Assembly: GCF_009914755.1 (NCBI RefSeq) | Contig: NC_060936.1 | DNA length: 64,000 nt | Origin: the human T2T-CHM13v2.0 reference genome, Homo sapiens | Reading direction: 5' to 3' (one strand) | Shown: piece after piece, positions 50,193-64,000 of the stretch | Layout of the letters: the number at the start of each line of letters is the position of its first letter | Position numbering within the stretch: position 1 is the stretch's first letter | Program-made: the position numbers and the translations under genes | The notes under the pieces: model-generated | What the model was told of the DNA's origin: nothing | Databases searched by the model: none | The model's input: only the letters and a program-made list of their open reading frames with translations

Positions 50193-51230
50193 CTTTGTGG
50201 TTTTATCTACTTTTGGTCTTTGATGATGGTGATGTACAGATGGGTTTTTGGTGTGGATGTCCTTTCTGTTTGTTAGTTTTCCTTCTAACAGACAGGACCC
50301 TCAGCTGCAGGTCTGTTGGAGTTTGCTACAGGTCCACTCCAGACCCCGTTTGCCTGGGTACCAGCAGCGGTGGCTGCAGAACAGTGGATTTTCGTGAACC
50401 GCAAATGCTGCTGCCTGATCGTTCCTCTGGAAGTTTTGTCTCAGAGGAGTACTCGGCCATGTGAGGTGTCAGTCTGCCCCTACTGGGGGGTGCCTCCCAG
50501 TTAGGCTGCTTGGGGGTCAGGGGTCAGGGACCCACTTGAGGAGGCAGTCTGCCCGTTCTCAGATCTCCAGCTGCATGCTGGGAGAACCACTGCTCTCTTC
50601 AATGCTGTCAGAGAGGGACATTTAAGTCTGCAGAGGTTACTGCTGTCTTTTTGTTTGTCTGTGCCCTGCCCCCAGAGGTGGAGCCTACAGAGGCAGGCAG
50701 GCCTCCTTGAGCTGTGGTGGGCTCCACCCAGTTTGAGCTTCCCGGCTGCTTTGTTTACCTAAGCAAGCCTGGGCAATGGCAGGCGCCCCTCCCTCAGCCT
50801 CACTGCCGCCTTGCAGTTTGATCTCAGACTGCTGAGCTAGCAATCAGCAAGACTCCGTGGGTGTAGGACCCTCCGAGCCATGTGCGGGATATAATCTCCT
50901 AGTGCACCATTTTTTAAGCCGTGGGAAAAGCGCAGTATTGGGGTGGGAGTGACCCGATTTTCCAGATGCCCTCTGTCACCCCTTTCTTTGACTAGTAAAG
51001 GGAACTCCCTGACCCCTTGCGCTTCCCGTGTGAGGCAATGCCTCGCCCTGCTTCGGCTGGCGCATGGTGTGCTGCACCCACTGTCCTGCACCCACTGTCT
51101 GGCACTCCCTAGTGAGATGAACCTGGTACCTCAGATGGAAATGCAGAAATCACCCGTCTTCTGCGTCGCTCACGCTGGGAGCTGTAGACCGGAGCCATTC
51201 CTATTCAGCCATCTTGGCTCCAGCCTCATC
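50193..51230 (-). promoter_or_regulatory. L1 5'UTR internal promoter (YY1 site AAGATGG) and antisense promoter region
   Basis: Relatively CpG-rich 5'UTR with CCATCTT at 51209-51215. Activity unknown. Confidence 0.75.
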
Positions 51231-51899
51231 TGCTATGACTTTTTTAATTTGAGATTTCTAATGATATCTTGACCACTTTTGCTCTAGAAGGATTTTATTT
51301 TTCATTTTAGCATCTTTCTCCTAAGAGGGGGTGATACCTCTGTGTAGAAATTTGATTCAAGTTACCAGGCATTTCCATAAGCACAGTTGATTATGAGAGC
51401 ACACGTTTGACCCATTTTTGTAAAAATTAGTGCTTCTTCAAAATAGTTTTGAAATATTGTTTTAAAAGATACATAGTGTTTTTGAAGCCAAAGTCCTACC
51501 CAAACATAGAGGGATAATTTAGTCCTTCTTTCACAGAGCATAAACTATTATTGACTACTGACTTTCACTTTATTCATGTCTCAGACTTTATGCAGATCCT
51601 GTCTTACCTCCCCAGTGCCTGCCTTAGGCCATCACTCCTCATAAGGGATATGTGGGGTTCTAGAGCTCCAGGTCAACTCTGCGGCAAAGATCTTTGCAAG
51701 CACTTTGTGAAAGCTAAGATCAACCTGATGACTACCTTTTTCCAAAATATATCCGTGAAAATTTCCCAACAACTTTTGATTTTCTTCTCTTTGTGGCAGA
51801 AATCCCAAATGTGAACCCCTTACCTAAAACATAATGGGAGGAATGCTTCCTGTCCTGTTATTGATATTTCTGTTCTCCGACTCAACTACAGAATTGTGG

Positions 51900-52355
51900 C
51901 TATCCATTCATTCAATAACATCCATTTATTCAGCTCCTGCCATGTGGGGACACTGTCCTTGGTTTTCAAAATACAACTGAGAACAAAACCAAGTCCCTGC
52001 CCTTGAAGAGCTTACACTCTAATAAAGGGATTTAGAAGCAAACATACTCTGTGTCAGATGATGATATGCACTATGAAGAAAAAATAAAAGAGGGTAAGGA
52101 AGCTAGGTGGGGTGCAGGGAGTGCTGTTTTAAAAGGCTGGTCAAGAAAGTCTTCACAGATAATGTGACCTTCGAGCAGAGGTCTGAAGGGAGGAGAGAGA
52201 ACCTTCCACATAGAAGCTTTGGGGCAAAAGCATGCCCGGTGAGTTAGGGGAAAAGCAGGGAGACCAGTGAAGCCAAGGTAAATTGAACCAGGAATGATAT
52301 GGCAGCAGGAGAGGTCTGAGAGGATGTGGGGCTCTTGTCAGTCCTCTAGGATCTT
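51900..52355 (-). mobile_element. L2 fragment
   Basis: CATTCATTCAA...CAAGTCCCTGCCCTTGAAGAGCTTACA. Confidence 0.8.
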
Positions 52356-52999
52356 ATAAATATTTAAAGGAGGGCAGTAGGAATTTTGCTGATTTTTAAA
52401 TTTAATTTGAATTGTGAGTTTGATAATTAAATTTTGATGACCAAGCTATGAGGAAGAAAAGGCCTTAAACTGTCTCAGAGTAAAGTAGTGAAGAGCTAGA
52501 TGGTACATGTAGAAATAAACAGGTAATAAAGAACTAGGTTAATAGCCATTAACTGAGTACTACTTGGTTATCAGGGTTTGTGCCAACTGCCAGAAATCCA
52601 GAACATACCATACTACCTTCTTATAGAGTTTAGAACTTCCTATCTAGAAAGCATAAACTTCCTCTTAATGAATTGCTGTGGGTGTGTAGGAGATGATGTT
52701 TATAATGGGCTGTATGGTGTAATGAATGATGTTTTTATTTTGAAATAATAAATTTGGTTTTAAACCCTAGCTCTGAGATAAGTAAATAAACTACCCAGTA
52801 ACTGACAGTCAGACATATAATAGATTCTTAACACATTATAGTGTTTTTTATTACTGTTTTTAAAAAGAATAAAACATGCTTACAGTTCCAAATGGTTTTC
52901 AGCACCAGGTACATTAAACTTGAAATATGCACACAAAAACTTTTACTAACCATCTCTTGAAAATTTTCACAATTCGCAAATTAACTCAGAAGAAAACAT

Positions 53000-53541
53000 T
53001 GTTTCAGGTGTCTATTGCTGCAAAATTAAATACTCTAAAATTTAGTGTCTCAAAACAATAATTTTTTATCATCTCCCAACTTCTGCATGTTGACTGGGCT
53101 CAACTGGGACAATTCTTACTTGGAATCTCTCATGCAGTTGCAGTCAGATGGCAGCTGAGACTGGAGTCATCTGAAGACTTGACTGAGCTGGATGTCCAAG
53201 ATGTCATTCACAAGCCTGGCAGCTGCTGCTGGCTATTGGGTTGGAGCTTAGCCAGAGCTGTCAACTGAAGCTCCTCTATGTGGCCTCTGCATGTGGGTTC
53301 TTAGAGAGAGTGCTCCAATAGTGAGTATTCTTAAAGGCCTGGGCAGAAATGAAAAGCCTTCTTATGAGTGAGTTTCAGCAATCCCAGTCACTTCTGCTAC
53401 ATTCTTCTGATCCAGAAGATCACTAAGGGCAGCTCACACTCAAAGGGAGGGGAACTGGACACCATGCCATGATGTGTGAAACACAATGCACATACAGAGA
53501 GGAAAGGAAGTAACAGCAGCCGTCTTGGAGGCTAGTCCCAC
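53000..53541 (-). mobile_element. MLT1H-like MaLR solo LTR
   Basis: TCTATTGCTGC...TGCAGTTGCAGTCAGATGG...GGATGTCCAAGATG...CCACA. Confidence 0.8.
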
Positions 53542-53919
53542 AGCACAATACTCAGGAATTACAGTCAGAACTGCTGTCCATTATCACGGAACGTTCTTAA
53601 CACCTTTAAATGAAACTTTTTTTTTTTAAATGACAGAGAACTTAGAATTTGTGTGTGATTTCTTTTGTCCAGAGTGCCCTATAGATGGTAAACACTTAAT
53701 AATGTTACTAACTTATTAACCAAGTCCCCACTCCTCATTCCCTGCTATTGTGAATCTACAAGGAAATTTTGGATGGGTAGAGTCCTTGTGTTCTCACATT
53801 GAGTTGAGAACCTTGTCCAGCCACGTTGTACCTCTCAGTATGGAGGCAGCAGAAAAGAATAAAAACAATATTGGTCATTTGTCAATCGCCTTACTCTTCA
53901 GAAAGCAAATTTATATTCA

Positions 53920-55170
53920 TCAATTCATTTGATTTTCACAGCTACTCACATGAAGTAAACAGGAAAAGCAATATTACCAATATGTTTGGCATAGAGATGA
54001 AATTCCAGACAACTTAATATCTTGCCTAACACATAGCCAGTAAACAGAAGGGCTAAAGCTTGAAAACTTCAGAAGCCAAATCCAACTTTCTTGCTACTAA
54101 ATCACAGCATCTTTCCAGCAGATCTCTTGGGAGAGTTCTTGGTTATTTTCCATGGCATCAATAGGAGTACCAGGTAACATTTGTTGAACATTTGTGTGCC
54201 AGGCACAGCACTAAGCACTTTGTGTATCTGACTCATCTATCCCCACAACTGTTCCACGAGAGTGGGCATTGCTTTATTCCTGTCTTGCAATCTGAGTAAA
54301 GTTCACACCACTAGAAAATGACAGAGCCTTCATTTTAATGCGTGCAGTCTGGGTTAGTGCCTGCTTTTTGTTTAAGTATTGTTGCAATAACTCAAAACAT
54401 GTCTAACATGTTCTATACTCACTATGAAGCTGATATTCAAGAATTATTTGAACCCTTCTTAAATCTTTATTTTCAATTTGTACCATCTCTTTTAATAAGG
54501 TTTACTGAAAGTTTGATCCTGCTTATGAAAACTTGGTTTTATTCCCTTGTGGGTGGAACATTTGTTTTGTTTCATGGCCATATGTGCTCTTGACTCTGAA
54601 TAGCTATGTAATAATGTGGGTCTGCGTTCACAAGGAAAAGTTTTAAAGGACAACGGAGAGGTCAACAACACGGTTCTACCTCTGCCAGTCACTTAGCACC
54701 TCTGAGGCTCATTATATTCATAGAAAACTTTGAAGTTGGACAAGATGCCCTCAGAGGTCTCTTCCAACTTTAGGGTCTGTGATTATGCCCCATAGTGCCA
54801 CAAAGCACATGTTTTCCTGATGGCAGATCATGAAGACACCTACAATCATGAAGTATATTAACATTTTTGCTAGCATTGTTTCATATCAGTCCTCTAACAC
54901 TGATTACAAATATATTTGTGGTCAAAGAAAACTGAGAAAAATAGCTGTTTTGGATGATATTCTGGGGAAGTTTTCTCTTCCATGGTTTAGACTTAGAGGA
55001 TGTGTGTTATAAAGAGAACATGGAGCTGACAGTCAAAAGCTCTCTGTCAGGGCTCTGTCACTAAAGCTTGTAACCTTGGGAGGGTCACTCTCAAGTTTCT
55101 TTCTTCATCTGTAAAATAAGAAGCCTGGGGTGAGGTGATCTTACAGTCCCATTCAGTTTCAAATTCCACA
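53920..55170. mobile_element. Cluster of degraded MIR/MIR3 SINEs (~53920-54110, 54170-54350, 54600-54785, 55000-55170)
   Basis: TGTGCCAGGCACAGCACTAAGCACTTT and CATCTGTAAAAT. Confidence 0.6.
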
Positions 55171-56616
55171 TTTAAACTTGTGCTGATAGTCAGAATTTGA
55201 AGATAAGAATATAAATGAGAAAGCACACTATTTCCTTTGTAATTTGTATGCTATTTTGTGCTGCAGAGTTGTGAATACATTTGACATAAGGTGAAATGAA
55301 TGGATATTAGTGTTACTACATAAAAAGTCTTTCATATTTCCTAGGAATTGGGAAGGTGGGGAAAAGCACAAATCAAAACATCTTCTAGCCTGTCACTTTA
55401 AAAGCCTCTGACCTTTTGTTTAAAAAAAAAGACATAAAAAGAGGCAGCAATATGTACTCTAAAAATGAGCTGGCTGTACCAATTCTTGGCTTAGAACATA
55501 TTTTGGTTTTATCCTACTTGTTTGGTAGATGAGATACAGTCCAACAACGTTGTAATTCTAAGTAACTTATTAAAATATGGCATCTTGGATGAAGTTTTAC
55601 AATCTGTCCCTGCAGTGATAAAGAGTCATTTCCTGACTGAAAATGATGAGTTCATTTTCATTGTCATTATTCATGACGGGTGCACCAGTGGTGTGCAGTG
55701 AAACGAGCAGGGCCAACAGATGCCTCCTATGGAGTCAATACCAGATTTCCCTTGAGGTCCCCTTGTATCTTGCTGACATATTTCAATCTTTCTTTAATTC
55801 TCCCTTAGGGTCAAAAAATTAAGTTATTGCTGAGATCCTTGACAATATTCTTCTACTTCTTAACTTTTGGAATTACAACGACATCATTTTCCTGACCAGG
55901 AAACCTCATGTTCTATAACATCCTTTGATTTTTGCTTCTTACTCAAAGCTCTTAACCCTAACCTCCTTGGGTCTCACCTGGAGGTTATCATACAGTCATA
56001 AGTGGTATCTCATATCTCCCTGTTATAAGTATGTAATAAAAGTTATGTAACAAGATGAGAATTATTAAAGCAACTCTGTAATATATATGGTTCTTGATCT
56101 TATATCTATGTGTTAGTTACTCTCATGCCTAAGACAATCATAAAAATCCCAAGTTTGAAAAGCAAATGAGTTAACTAACTCACTAGTTGAAATTCTAAAA
56201 ATCAGCTGTAAGCACTTTATATACAGTTTAATCATTACCCTCCCAAAAGTCTAAAATAAAAATTGGTGGTTCAATTTTCTGACTACATGCAAGGGGATGA
56301 AAAAAGGTGTTAACTTGTCCTCATGAAAGAGAAATCCTGAGTAGCAGACATCCAAATTCTGTACTAGATATATGATTTAAATCTTATATTTCATTTTTAG
56401 TTTATCATTTACCTACCCTGTAACTTGTATTTCCAAATAAAATATAAGCTCTTTGAAGGTAGAAAACATGTCATAATTTTAAGAATTCTATCAAATTTAA
56501 AGCATCTAGAACAACTTTTTCCTACTAGGAACTTAGCAAATATCTATTAATTAGAGGACAAGAACTCTGCTTTAAATAAGCTATTATGAAGTGAGGACTT
56601 CCTTCATGGCTGGTTT

Positions 56617-56915
56617 ATTTTTATTTTTATTTTGAGATGGAGTTTCACTCTTGTTGCCCAGGCTGGAGTGCAACGGCACGATCTTGGCTCACTGCAACCT
56701 CCGCCTCCCAGTTCAAGCGATTCTCCTGCTTCAGCCTCCCGAGTAGCTGGGATTACAGGTGCCCGCCATCATACCCGGCTAATTTTTGTATTTTTAGTAG
56801 AGACAGGGTTTCACCATGTTGGCCAGGCTGGTCTGGAACTCCTGACCTTAGGTGATCCACCCGCCTCGGCCTCCCAAAGTGCTAGGCTTACAGGCATAAG
56901 CCACCGTGCCCGGCC
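56617..56915 (-). mobile_element. AluSq/Sp-like
   Basis: GTTTCACTCTTGTTGCCCAGG and a TSD CATGGCTGGTTT at 56605 and 56916. Confidence 0.95.
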
Positions 56916-58796
56916 CATGGCTGGTTTTAATATGAATAAAAGTTTGGCACTGTTCCTTCTCTATGCCATATTATAGTTTATCAACTTGTACACAATATAA
57001 GTCAAGATAGCACTTGTCAAAGCACTTACATTAACAATTCTTAGAAGGTAATCTTACTTAGGGGAAAAATATAGTTTTGAGATCCTCGTTTAAGAATATG
57101 TCAGTAAAAAGGAATATTATATATTTTTCTTTGTGTTTTTAAAATATTGTAAAATATTTCCTTGTATTCCCCACTCAGGACTTTAGAACTCATCTTCCTC
57201 CACAATTATAATCTTCTGTATACTCTAAGAACTGGGTAGGGAGGAGGGAGTAGAGTCAACTGTGCAGTTATGGGCCAAAGCAAGGGGTGAAGACAGATAC
57301 AGAAAGCAAGATCCAAGAAGTAAATCCTGGAATGAGAAAGTTTCTGATGAAAGAGGAATCCGAGCACAGAAACTGGAAAGCCAGAGGGAGTCACACCAAG
57401 AGTGGACCATTATGGTGGCAGCAAATAAAAATGACCAGGTCAAAACAAAGGAATGTTGAAAGCCATAAAGGGTAAAAATTGGGGGACACCCCTGAGCCCT
57501 CACAGAATTCTGATAGATAACTCACTGCAGCCTCAGTTGTTATTTATTTCCTTCATAGGTAGTTTCTAGCTATGAACTGTTTTATACATATCAAAATATT
57601 TTTTACAATATCAGAAAATAGCCATGGACAGTTACTGTGTTTTCCTCTGTTATCTATTTTGCCACTTTCATAGGCACATTTCTTATGGTGAGATCAGATC
57701 TTTTGCATGCATAATAGTAATAAATTATGTGGCTGTTTAAGTACTGAGTAAATGTTAAGCAAATAGACATGATGATACCTTAAAATTGTCAACCATCTCA
57801 CAAAAATACCAGCTCCCTGTCATTGTGTTTATTCACCAAGGAGTCTGCTATGTCTTTGTGTAAGCAGCTTCTGGTTTTGAGATTTAAAAATAAAATAGAG
57901 TTTCTTTTCAGGTACTCTTGTCCTTTCAAGGATGGTGTTAGCTCAAAAATCAATCCCCAAAAGTCTAAGGTGTACAGGAAGGTTTTTTCACTTCTCCATG
58001 AACTCATTTATTTAAATGCCCTACCTAACTTCCATGATAACACAAGAACTTTTACCAAGTTTTGACACCTAATTTATCAGAAAAATGTTCCATCATTAGG
58101 AAAATGGGTCTCTAAAGCTGTCTTTACACATTAGCAATTAGGGAACTTAAGATTTATGAACCAAAGCTAAAGAAGTTGTGAGATATGAATCAATGATTTG
58201 ACCTGTACCAGCCCAGAAATCCAGAGTAAGGTTTGGTGGCTAAATTAGGAAACGCTCACCTTTTACTCACTGATTTAAAAAAAAATCACCACGAATACAA
58301 CTTCTTTTAATTTAAGCTCCTGAGTTATGTAACTTGACTGGTTGACCAGCATGTTTGTATATCATTGTTTAAAAAGGAAAAAAAAAGCTTTTCTGAAACC
58401 ATTCTGAATAGCATCCCATGTAGTAAAATGAATTCAACTCAAGCAGTTAATATTTTCCATATATTTCTTAGTCTTTTTTATTAAACTTACAAATTTAAAA
58501 GGAACTTGTTTGGGGTGTGTGTCTTAGGGGTTGTCTACTATGTATAAGCAAACAATATAAAATTTTATATATATTTATGATGAATAATTTTGTTGGCAAG
58601 AATTTTACTTTGGTAGAAACACCAGTTCAAACATTATTTGCTATTTTAGATTTGAGAACTTTGCATCATCAATCTGAAACAAAAAAACCTAAGGGGAAGT
58701 ATAGAACCACCTTCATCTTTCAAAAGTACTGCATTGTATATGGATAGAACTAATTTAATGAAAATTTAGTTAGCAGAATTCTCACTTAAGCAATTT

Positions 58797-59112
58797 ATTT
58801 ATTTATATTTATATTTATTTATATATTTTTTGAGACAGAGTCTTGCTCTGTCACCCAGGCTGGAATGCAGTGACGCCATCTTGGCTCATCTTGGCTCCAT
58901 CTCTTGAGTTCAAGCGATTCTCCTGCCTCAGCCTCCTGAGTAACTGGGATTACAGGCGCCCACCATCACACCTGGCTAATTTTTGCAGTTTTAGTAGAAA
59001 CGGAGTTTCACCATGTTGGCCAGGCTGGTCTTGAACTCCTGACCTCAGGTGATCTGCCAGCCTCAGCCTCCCAAAGTGCCGGGATTACAGGTGTGAGCCA
59101 CTGCACCCAGCC
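58797..59112 (-). mobile_element. AluSx-like
   Basis: Full dimer with an imperfect TSD CTTAAG(C/A)AATTTA. Confidence 0.93.
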
Positions 59113-61459
59113 TAGCTTAAGAAATTTAAAAAGCAGTTGTATATCCTTGAACAGCTTCCACAATGGTAAAGATGAAGTGGTTAAGAAGGTAGACTGAATC
59201 TCTGAGATTTGAGTGGGATGCAAGAAAGACTTGATGACTTTACAGTGGAAGTGTCCTGGCATATCTCGGCCAATGGGTGATTCCATTTCATCTCAGACCT
59301 TAAATAAGAAGTTACTCTTCTCATCAAATAATGCAGAATAAAACTTCCCAAGGAACAGAGCCCAGGGGCAGCCAACATATGAAACACAAGATGGCAGAAC
59401 CCTCTTATTCTCCAGAGTATAAGCAGAGTGCATCATCATACAAATGTCCAGCAAGCCAATCTCTGGGAAATAAAAGTCCAATGGAAATAATATTGCATCC
59501 ACTATAGGAGGGAAATGAAACCCCCTTAGCAATACCATGAATAGGGTCAGTACTAGGCACAGGCAAGAGCCCGTGTAAAGAACCCAAGTGTGGAGAATTC
59601 AAATTGATCACTGATTAACTGGAATGTGGAATTAACTGCATCACAGAGACTGTGAGATTTTTTTCTGTGTATCCTCCATGATACTTACAGATATCTATAG
59701 GAGATGTTCAATGTGGGCATAATTTTTTTCAGTCGGATTGCTTTTGTTGTCAATTATCTTTTTCCAAGTGAATGCAATTATTTCAGTTATTATGTTTCAA
59801 CATATTCTAGGATTTTCTTGTCAACTTGGTAGGCAACAACAGCAATCCAACTGAAAAAATTACACCCACATTTAATATCTTCTATAGAAAAAACAACAAC
59901 CAGATTTCAGGTGCAGGCTGTCGTTTGTGTGGGTGTCAATTCCTGGGCTAACATAATCAACTCTAACTTCAGTACAGTGGACCTGTTAACATTTCCACTT
60001 TCAACTTCATTATTGGCTCATTAACTTATCTTCTTATTAATGCTAATACACGCTATACTATTCATTAATTAAGGAAAAATGATAATGTTTAATTATATCC
60101 ATTTATTTCCCTCCAGGAATCATTATAACAATTGTACTATTCTTTGATATGCTACTAATAGTTAATAAGGAAAAGAAAGTGTCCTTCACTGTATTAAATG
60201 GGGCCAGTCTCTTGTTTGGCATACCTTTTTCAGTTCACAGACTATGCACTACCATAAAACCATGTAAAAAGTTGGTTGTGTTTGTGTGTGTATACACAGA
60301 AGAGTGTGTATACACTCTTTTCCATACAACAGAAAATGTAATTCTACATTTCCAAATGCAAATCACACACACAAAAGAAACATTTTTATTGGGAACGATG
60401 AAGCAGATATATCAGTTGTAATATTTGACATGATGTGCAATCGATCAATGACTTAGAAGCTTGCTAGATCCCTAAGAGTTGTGTGAAATGTGATAGTTCA
60501 TAAATAATGCATGAATAGAAAAATTTGGATACTTGAATGCAAGTAATCTCACGACCCAGAAAATCTACTCTGAAAATTCAGTCTCCACACCTGGAGAATT
60601 CAACCAGCTGCTTGCAGCTCACAGAGAAAGAGTCGGAGCATTCTGCTCATCATCTTTTTTGCTTTGTGTTTCCCAAAGAGGCTATTAATCGAGGTAAACC
60701 TAGATTGTGATACTAAACTCTCTTCTAAGGAAAGTTTCTCTTCTCTTGGATGAATGCCAGTGGGTTTGTTGAAGGAATGATTAATTATATGTTTTTTTTT
60801 TTTTAATGACTGTAGTCTAATGCTGCTGCTACCTGCTTTGGCTTTGAACTTTTCACGAGAGAACTGACACAAAAAGTTATTAGAAGTTTTCTTCAGAAGT
60901 TCAAAATTTGTCCTACAAATGAAGAAATAGGCAAGTGCCTAAATTCAATATTAATCAAAGATGCTAACCCTTTAAAGCTGATTTTTATGTGGCTTTCATG
61001 AATCCATTCATCAAGAATGTTAAAGAAAAGTGCAATGAGAGAGATGGTCTGGTTTCAGATTTCAAAGATTCAAATGTATTTATTTTTAGAACAATGAGAC
61101 CATCTGTAACCTTTGAAACTGTTGTAAATCAAAGAGAGGGGCTCTGGAATTTCTATAAAGGAGGGCCTCAGGCAGCAAGCTGTTGGAATGGAGTGCTAGA
61201 AGGTCTTTTGATGATACATGTCATGGCAAGCACATTCTTTTTCCTTGTATTGCATACCTATTTAGTATAGGTTGGAATAGGCAGAGATTGATAGAGATCA
61301 TGAGAAACTCAAAGCTCCCTCTCCTTGGCATCTCCATGAAGCATCCTGGTTCACTGTCTAAAGCTGAGGTGCAGACTATCAGTGCATGTCATTTTCTATC
61401 TGAGCCTCACATACTTTGTTCTCACATTACTGCATAGGCCACATCAACCACATCAGAGA

Positions 61460-61695
61460 CAGGATGTGTAGGAGTCAATGGCATGGTCTCTAGTCTTGGA
61501 CAATCTAGTTTGAATCATGACCCCAGCAGTTACTGGCTCTGTGGTTTTGGGCAAGTTAAGCAACTATCTTCTCATTCAATTTTCTCATGTATGAAATGGG
61601 AAAATTTATAGCATTTTTCTCCTCACTGGATTGTTGTGAGGATTAAATGAATGCCCAATAAACAATAAGCACCATATAAATGTTAGCTATTATTT
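61460..61695 (+). mobile_element. MIR SINE
   Basis: TTGGGCAAGTT...GATTGTTGTGAGGATTAAATGA. Confidence 0.85.
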
Positions 61696-62279
61696 TTGTT
61701 CGTGATGGAGGAAGTCCAGGGCTGAGACTCATATTCCCAACATAACAAAACCCAGGGGGATCAGGATGGTGCAATGTGAGAAGCATTTTTTTCTTGATAT
61801 CATGGTTCTTCATTTTTATCATTCCAAAGAGAGGAAATAAACCAAGAAACTCTTCATAAAACACAGCCTAAATTCCAATGTCCACTGTATGTGATGAGAA
61901 GACAAAATACATCTTGTCTAATCCTATAAACCTAATACACAATGAAAATTATTTATATAGGGTTGGGTATACAAAAGCAATGGAGCAATTTATTTTTGTA
62001 CCCTGTATACTCACAAACATGCTGTTTTTCTCCCCAAACCCTTAAACAAATGGGCCAGGATGTGAGAAAGGCATTGCCCTGCACTTCTCTCTTCCCCCTT
62101 CCTAACCTCCACCCCCCCAACAACTTTGATGCTCATGCCATCAGATTATATTAGCCACTATTCCTTTGGCTGTTGTCATCTACTGACCCTGGTGTCAGTT
62201 TCCCTCATATCCAGACAATGTTCTGGCACTGGCACACTGTCACTTTCTTTGTTGTTACTGTTGTCTCAATTCTTGGTTG

Positions 62280-62437
62280 CAGGGACAGCTACATAATTTG
62301 TAGGGCTCACTGCAAAATGTTAAAAATTATTAAGAATTTCAGGACAGCAGCAACAGAGTGTTAAACCAAGCAGAGGGCCTTCTGAGCATGGGGTCCCAAA
62401 TGACTACATAGGTTGCATGCCCATGAAGCTGGCCCTG
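62280..62437. mobile_element. MER45A (hAT-Tip100) with an internal deletion
   Basis: TIRs CAGGGACAGCTACAT/ATGAAGCTGGCCCTG and a perfect 8-bp TSD CTTGGTTG at 62272 and 62438. Confidence 0.9.
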
Positions 62438-64000
62438 CTTGGTTGAAAACCATTATTCACATTCTTTCTGATTCTCACGGATAAAGGAGCTTCTGACCCC
62501 TCCCTGTGAGTGGGGAGTATTGAAGTAAATGCTTTCTGCCTCTTTCTCCACCCATGGCACATTGTTCCTGGGAAGAGAGGAGCAGCGATACTAACTAGTA
62601 AGAGTCTAATCCACTGGACCACATTTCATCAGTGGGAATGGTTAATGTGCTAAAGGCAACTGCTCTTGCCTCTTCCTTGTTGTTTCTTATGGCTAGGCTT
62701 AGGAAATCACCTCTCACTTTGTTTTCATACAATGAACTAGGTGTATGCTCCTTGTCCCAACATTTCGGGCCAATAGTTTGGGCCCAACATCCTCCATTCA
62801 TTGGGGAAGGTTTATGATACCCGACCTTTGTCCTCAGGTTCAAGCCCTGATTGCCAGCACAGTTTACCCAACCATCCTGTGTATTGACAGCTATTGGGTA
62901 TTACTCACCTAGTCTATAAATAAGTGGACACTTTGATCTCCATGTGGCTCCTACTTCTTTGCACCTATTTCTGTTACTTAATAGAACACACAAGCCTGCA
63001 ATACCACACTTCCAATTTGGGTTTCTTAATGATGAATTATTGTTCTGAAACATGGCCAGATGGTTCCCCAATTTCTGTTTCCCTTCTGGCTAAAATCATT
63101 TTCCTTTAAGACTTGAATTAAAAAAAAAAAACATGTCTGCTCACATTTATAGTTTTAGACCTTCTTCCTATCTATGACTGGCAGGGAAAACAATTTTGGC
63201 AGAGGTGACCATGAATTGACCCCCTTTGTTTCTGACAACCTCAGGGAAGGAAAAACATGACTGATAATAAGAGGTGGTTGCTGCAGGGCCAGCCCAGATG
63301 ACAGTCTCAGTCAAGCAATGACTTCGGTCTCAGGGTCTTTTATGACAAGTAATGTTATCTGAGTAAGCAGGAAGGACAACAGCAGCAGTTTGTATTTTTA
63401 GAAATGAAGACATTTTCTGTGTTATCATTCCCTAATGCCCCAGCATATTTCCTCTGCCTAGATTGAGGGACTTTAAGGAATCTGTCCTGCGTTTAGTCTC
63501 GGGATATTGTTTAGGTGGTGGTTCATGATATCACATAGAGTCTTCTATGTGGATGTAGGTGAGAGATTTCTTTCTGGTATTAAAACAATAGTAACTATGC
63601 TCCTTACACATGCCATGTTTGTTTTTATATTCTGGACACTGAGAATCTCTTTATATTGGTCACAAGAAAACAAAGCTTTAAAATCTGTGTCCCACCTCTG
63701 GCAAATGTAAGAGTCCCACACTGTGTAAGTGAATTTAATTCTGTCTTTATCCTTCTTTTTTTCCTTATTATTCCCCTTTTCTAATCTTGTACTTCTTACT
63801 TTAGATTTTATACCATGTGGTATCATTTCAAAAACAAGTCACTTTAAATTCTTACTAGCATAGGGAAGAGAAAGATATGTATAAATAAAGAGAAAAGGAA
63901 TTATGAAACACAGCACATGATCATTTGATCTTTATACGTAGTATAGCCAAGAAATTTAAATCAAATTTAAAATCATGTAGATATGGTATGAGGCACTGGA

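Overview
Primate (human-like) AT-rich, repeat-dense intergenic or intronic DNA. I found no supportable host protein-coding exon, RNA gene or CpG island. The long ORFs in the track are broken LINE-1, MaLR or Alu frames, and the rest look like chance short ORFs. Main elements: a nearly full-length L1PA7-like LINE-1 (+, 1-5645), a full-length L1PA3-like LINE-1 (-, 45037-51230), a complete MSTA-type MaLR provirus containing an Alu (39779-42475), a solo LTR8, Alus/FLAMs, older MaLR/ERVL LTRs, DNA-transposon relics and many L2/MIR fragments. I see no new gene system. The most interesting signals are retrotransposition and repair scars: (1) the L1PA7 appears copied from a spliced RNA, with ~370 nt of 5'UTR lost exactly at the L1 splice donor; (2) a ~98% identical ~258-bp-arm fold-back palindrome made from an old L1MB; (3) a chimeric L1PA+L1PB insertion inside one TSD pair, a likely 3' transduction; (4) a 17-nt 3' transduction tag on the L1PA3; (5) an in-frame Alu insertion that leaves a 297-codon MaLR-Alu ORF; (6) an unexplained ~200-bp direct repeat. 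Subfamily names come from recalled consensus sequences, not a database search, and boundaries of old repeats are approximate.
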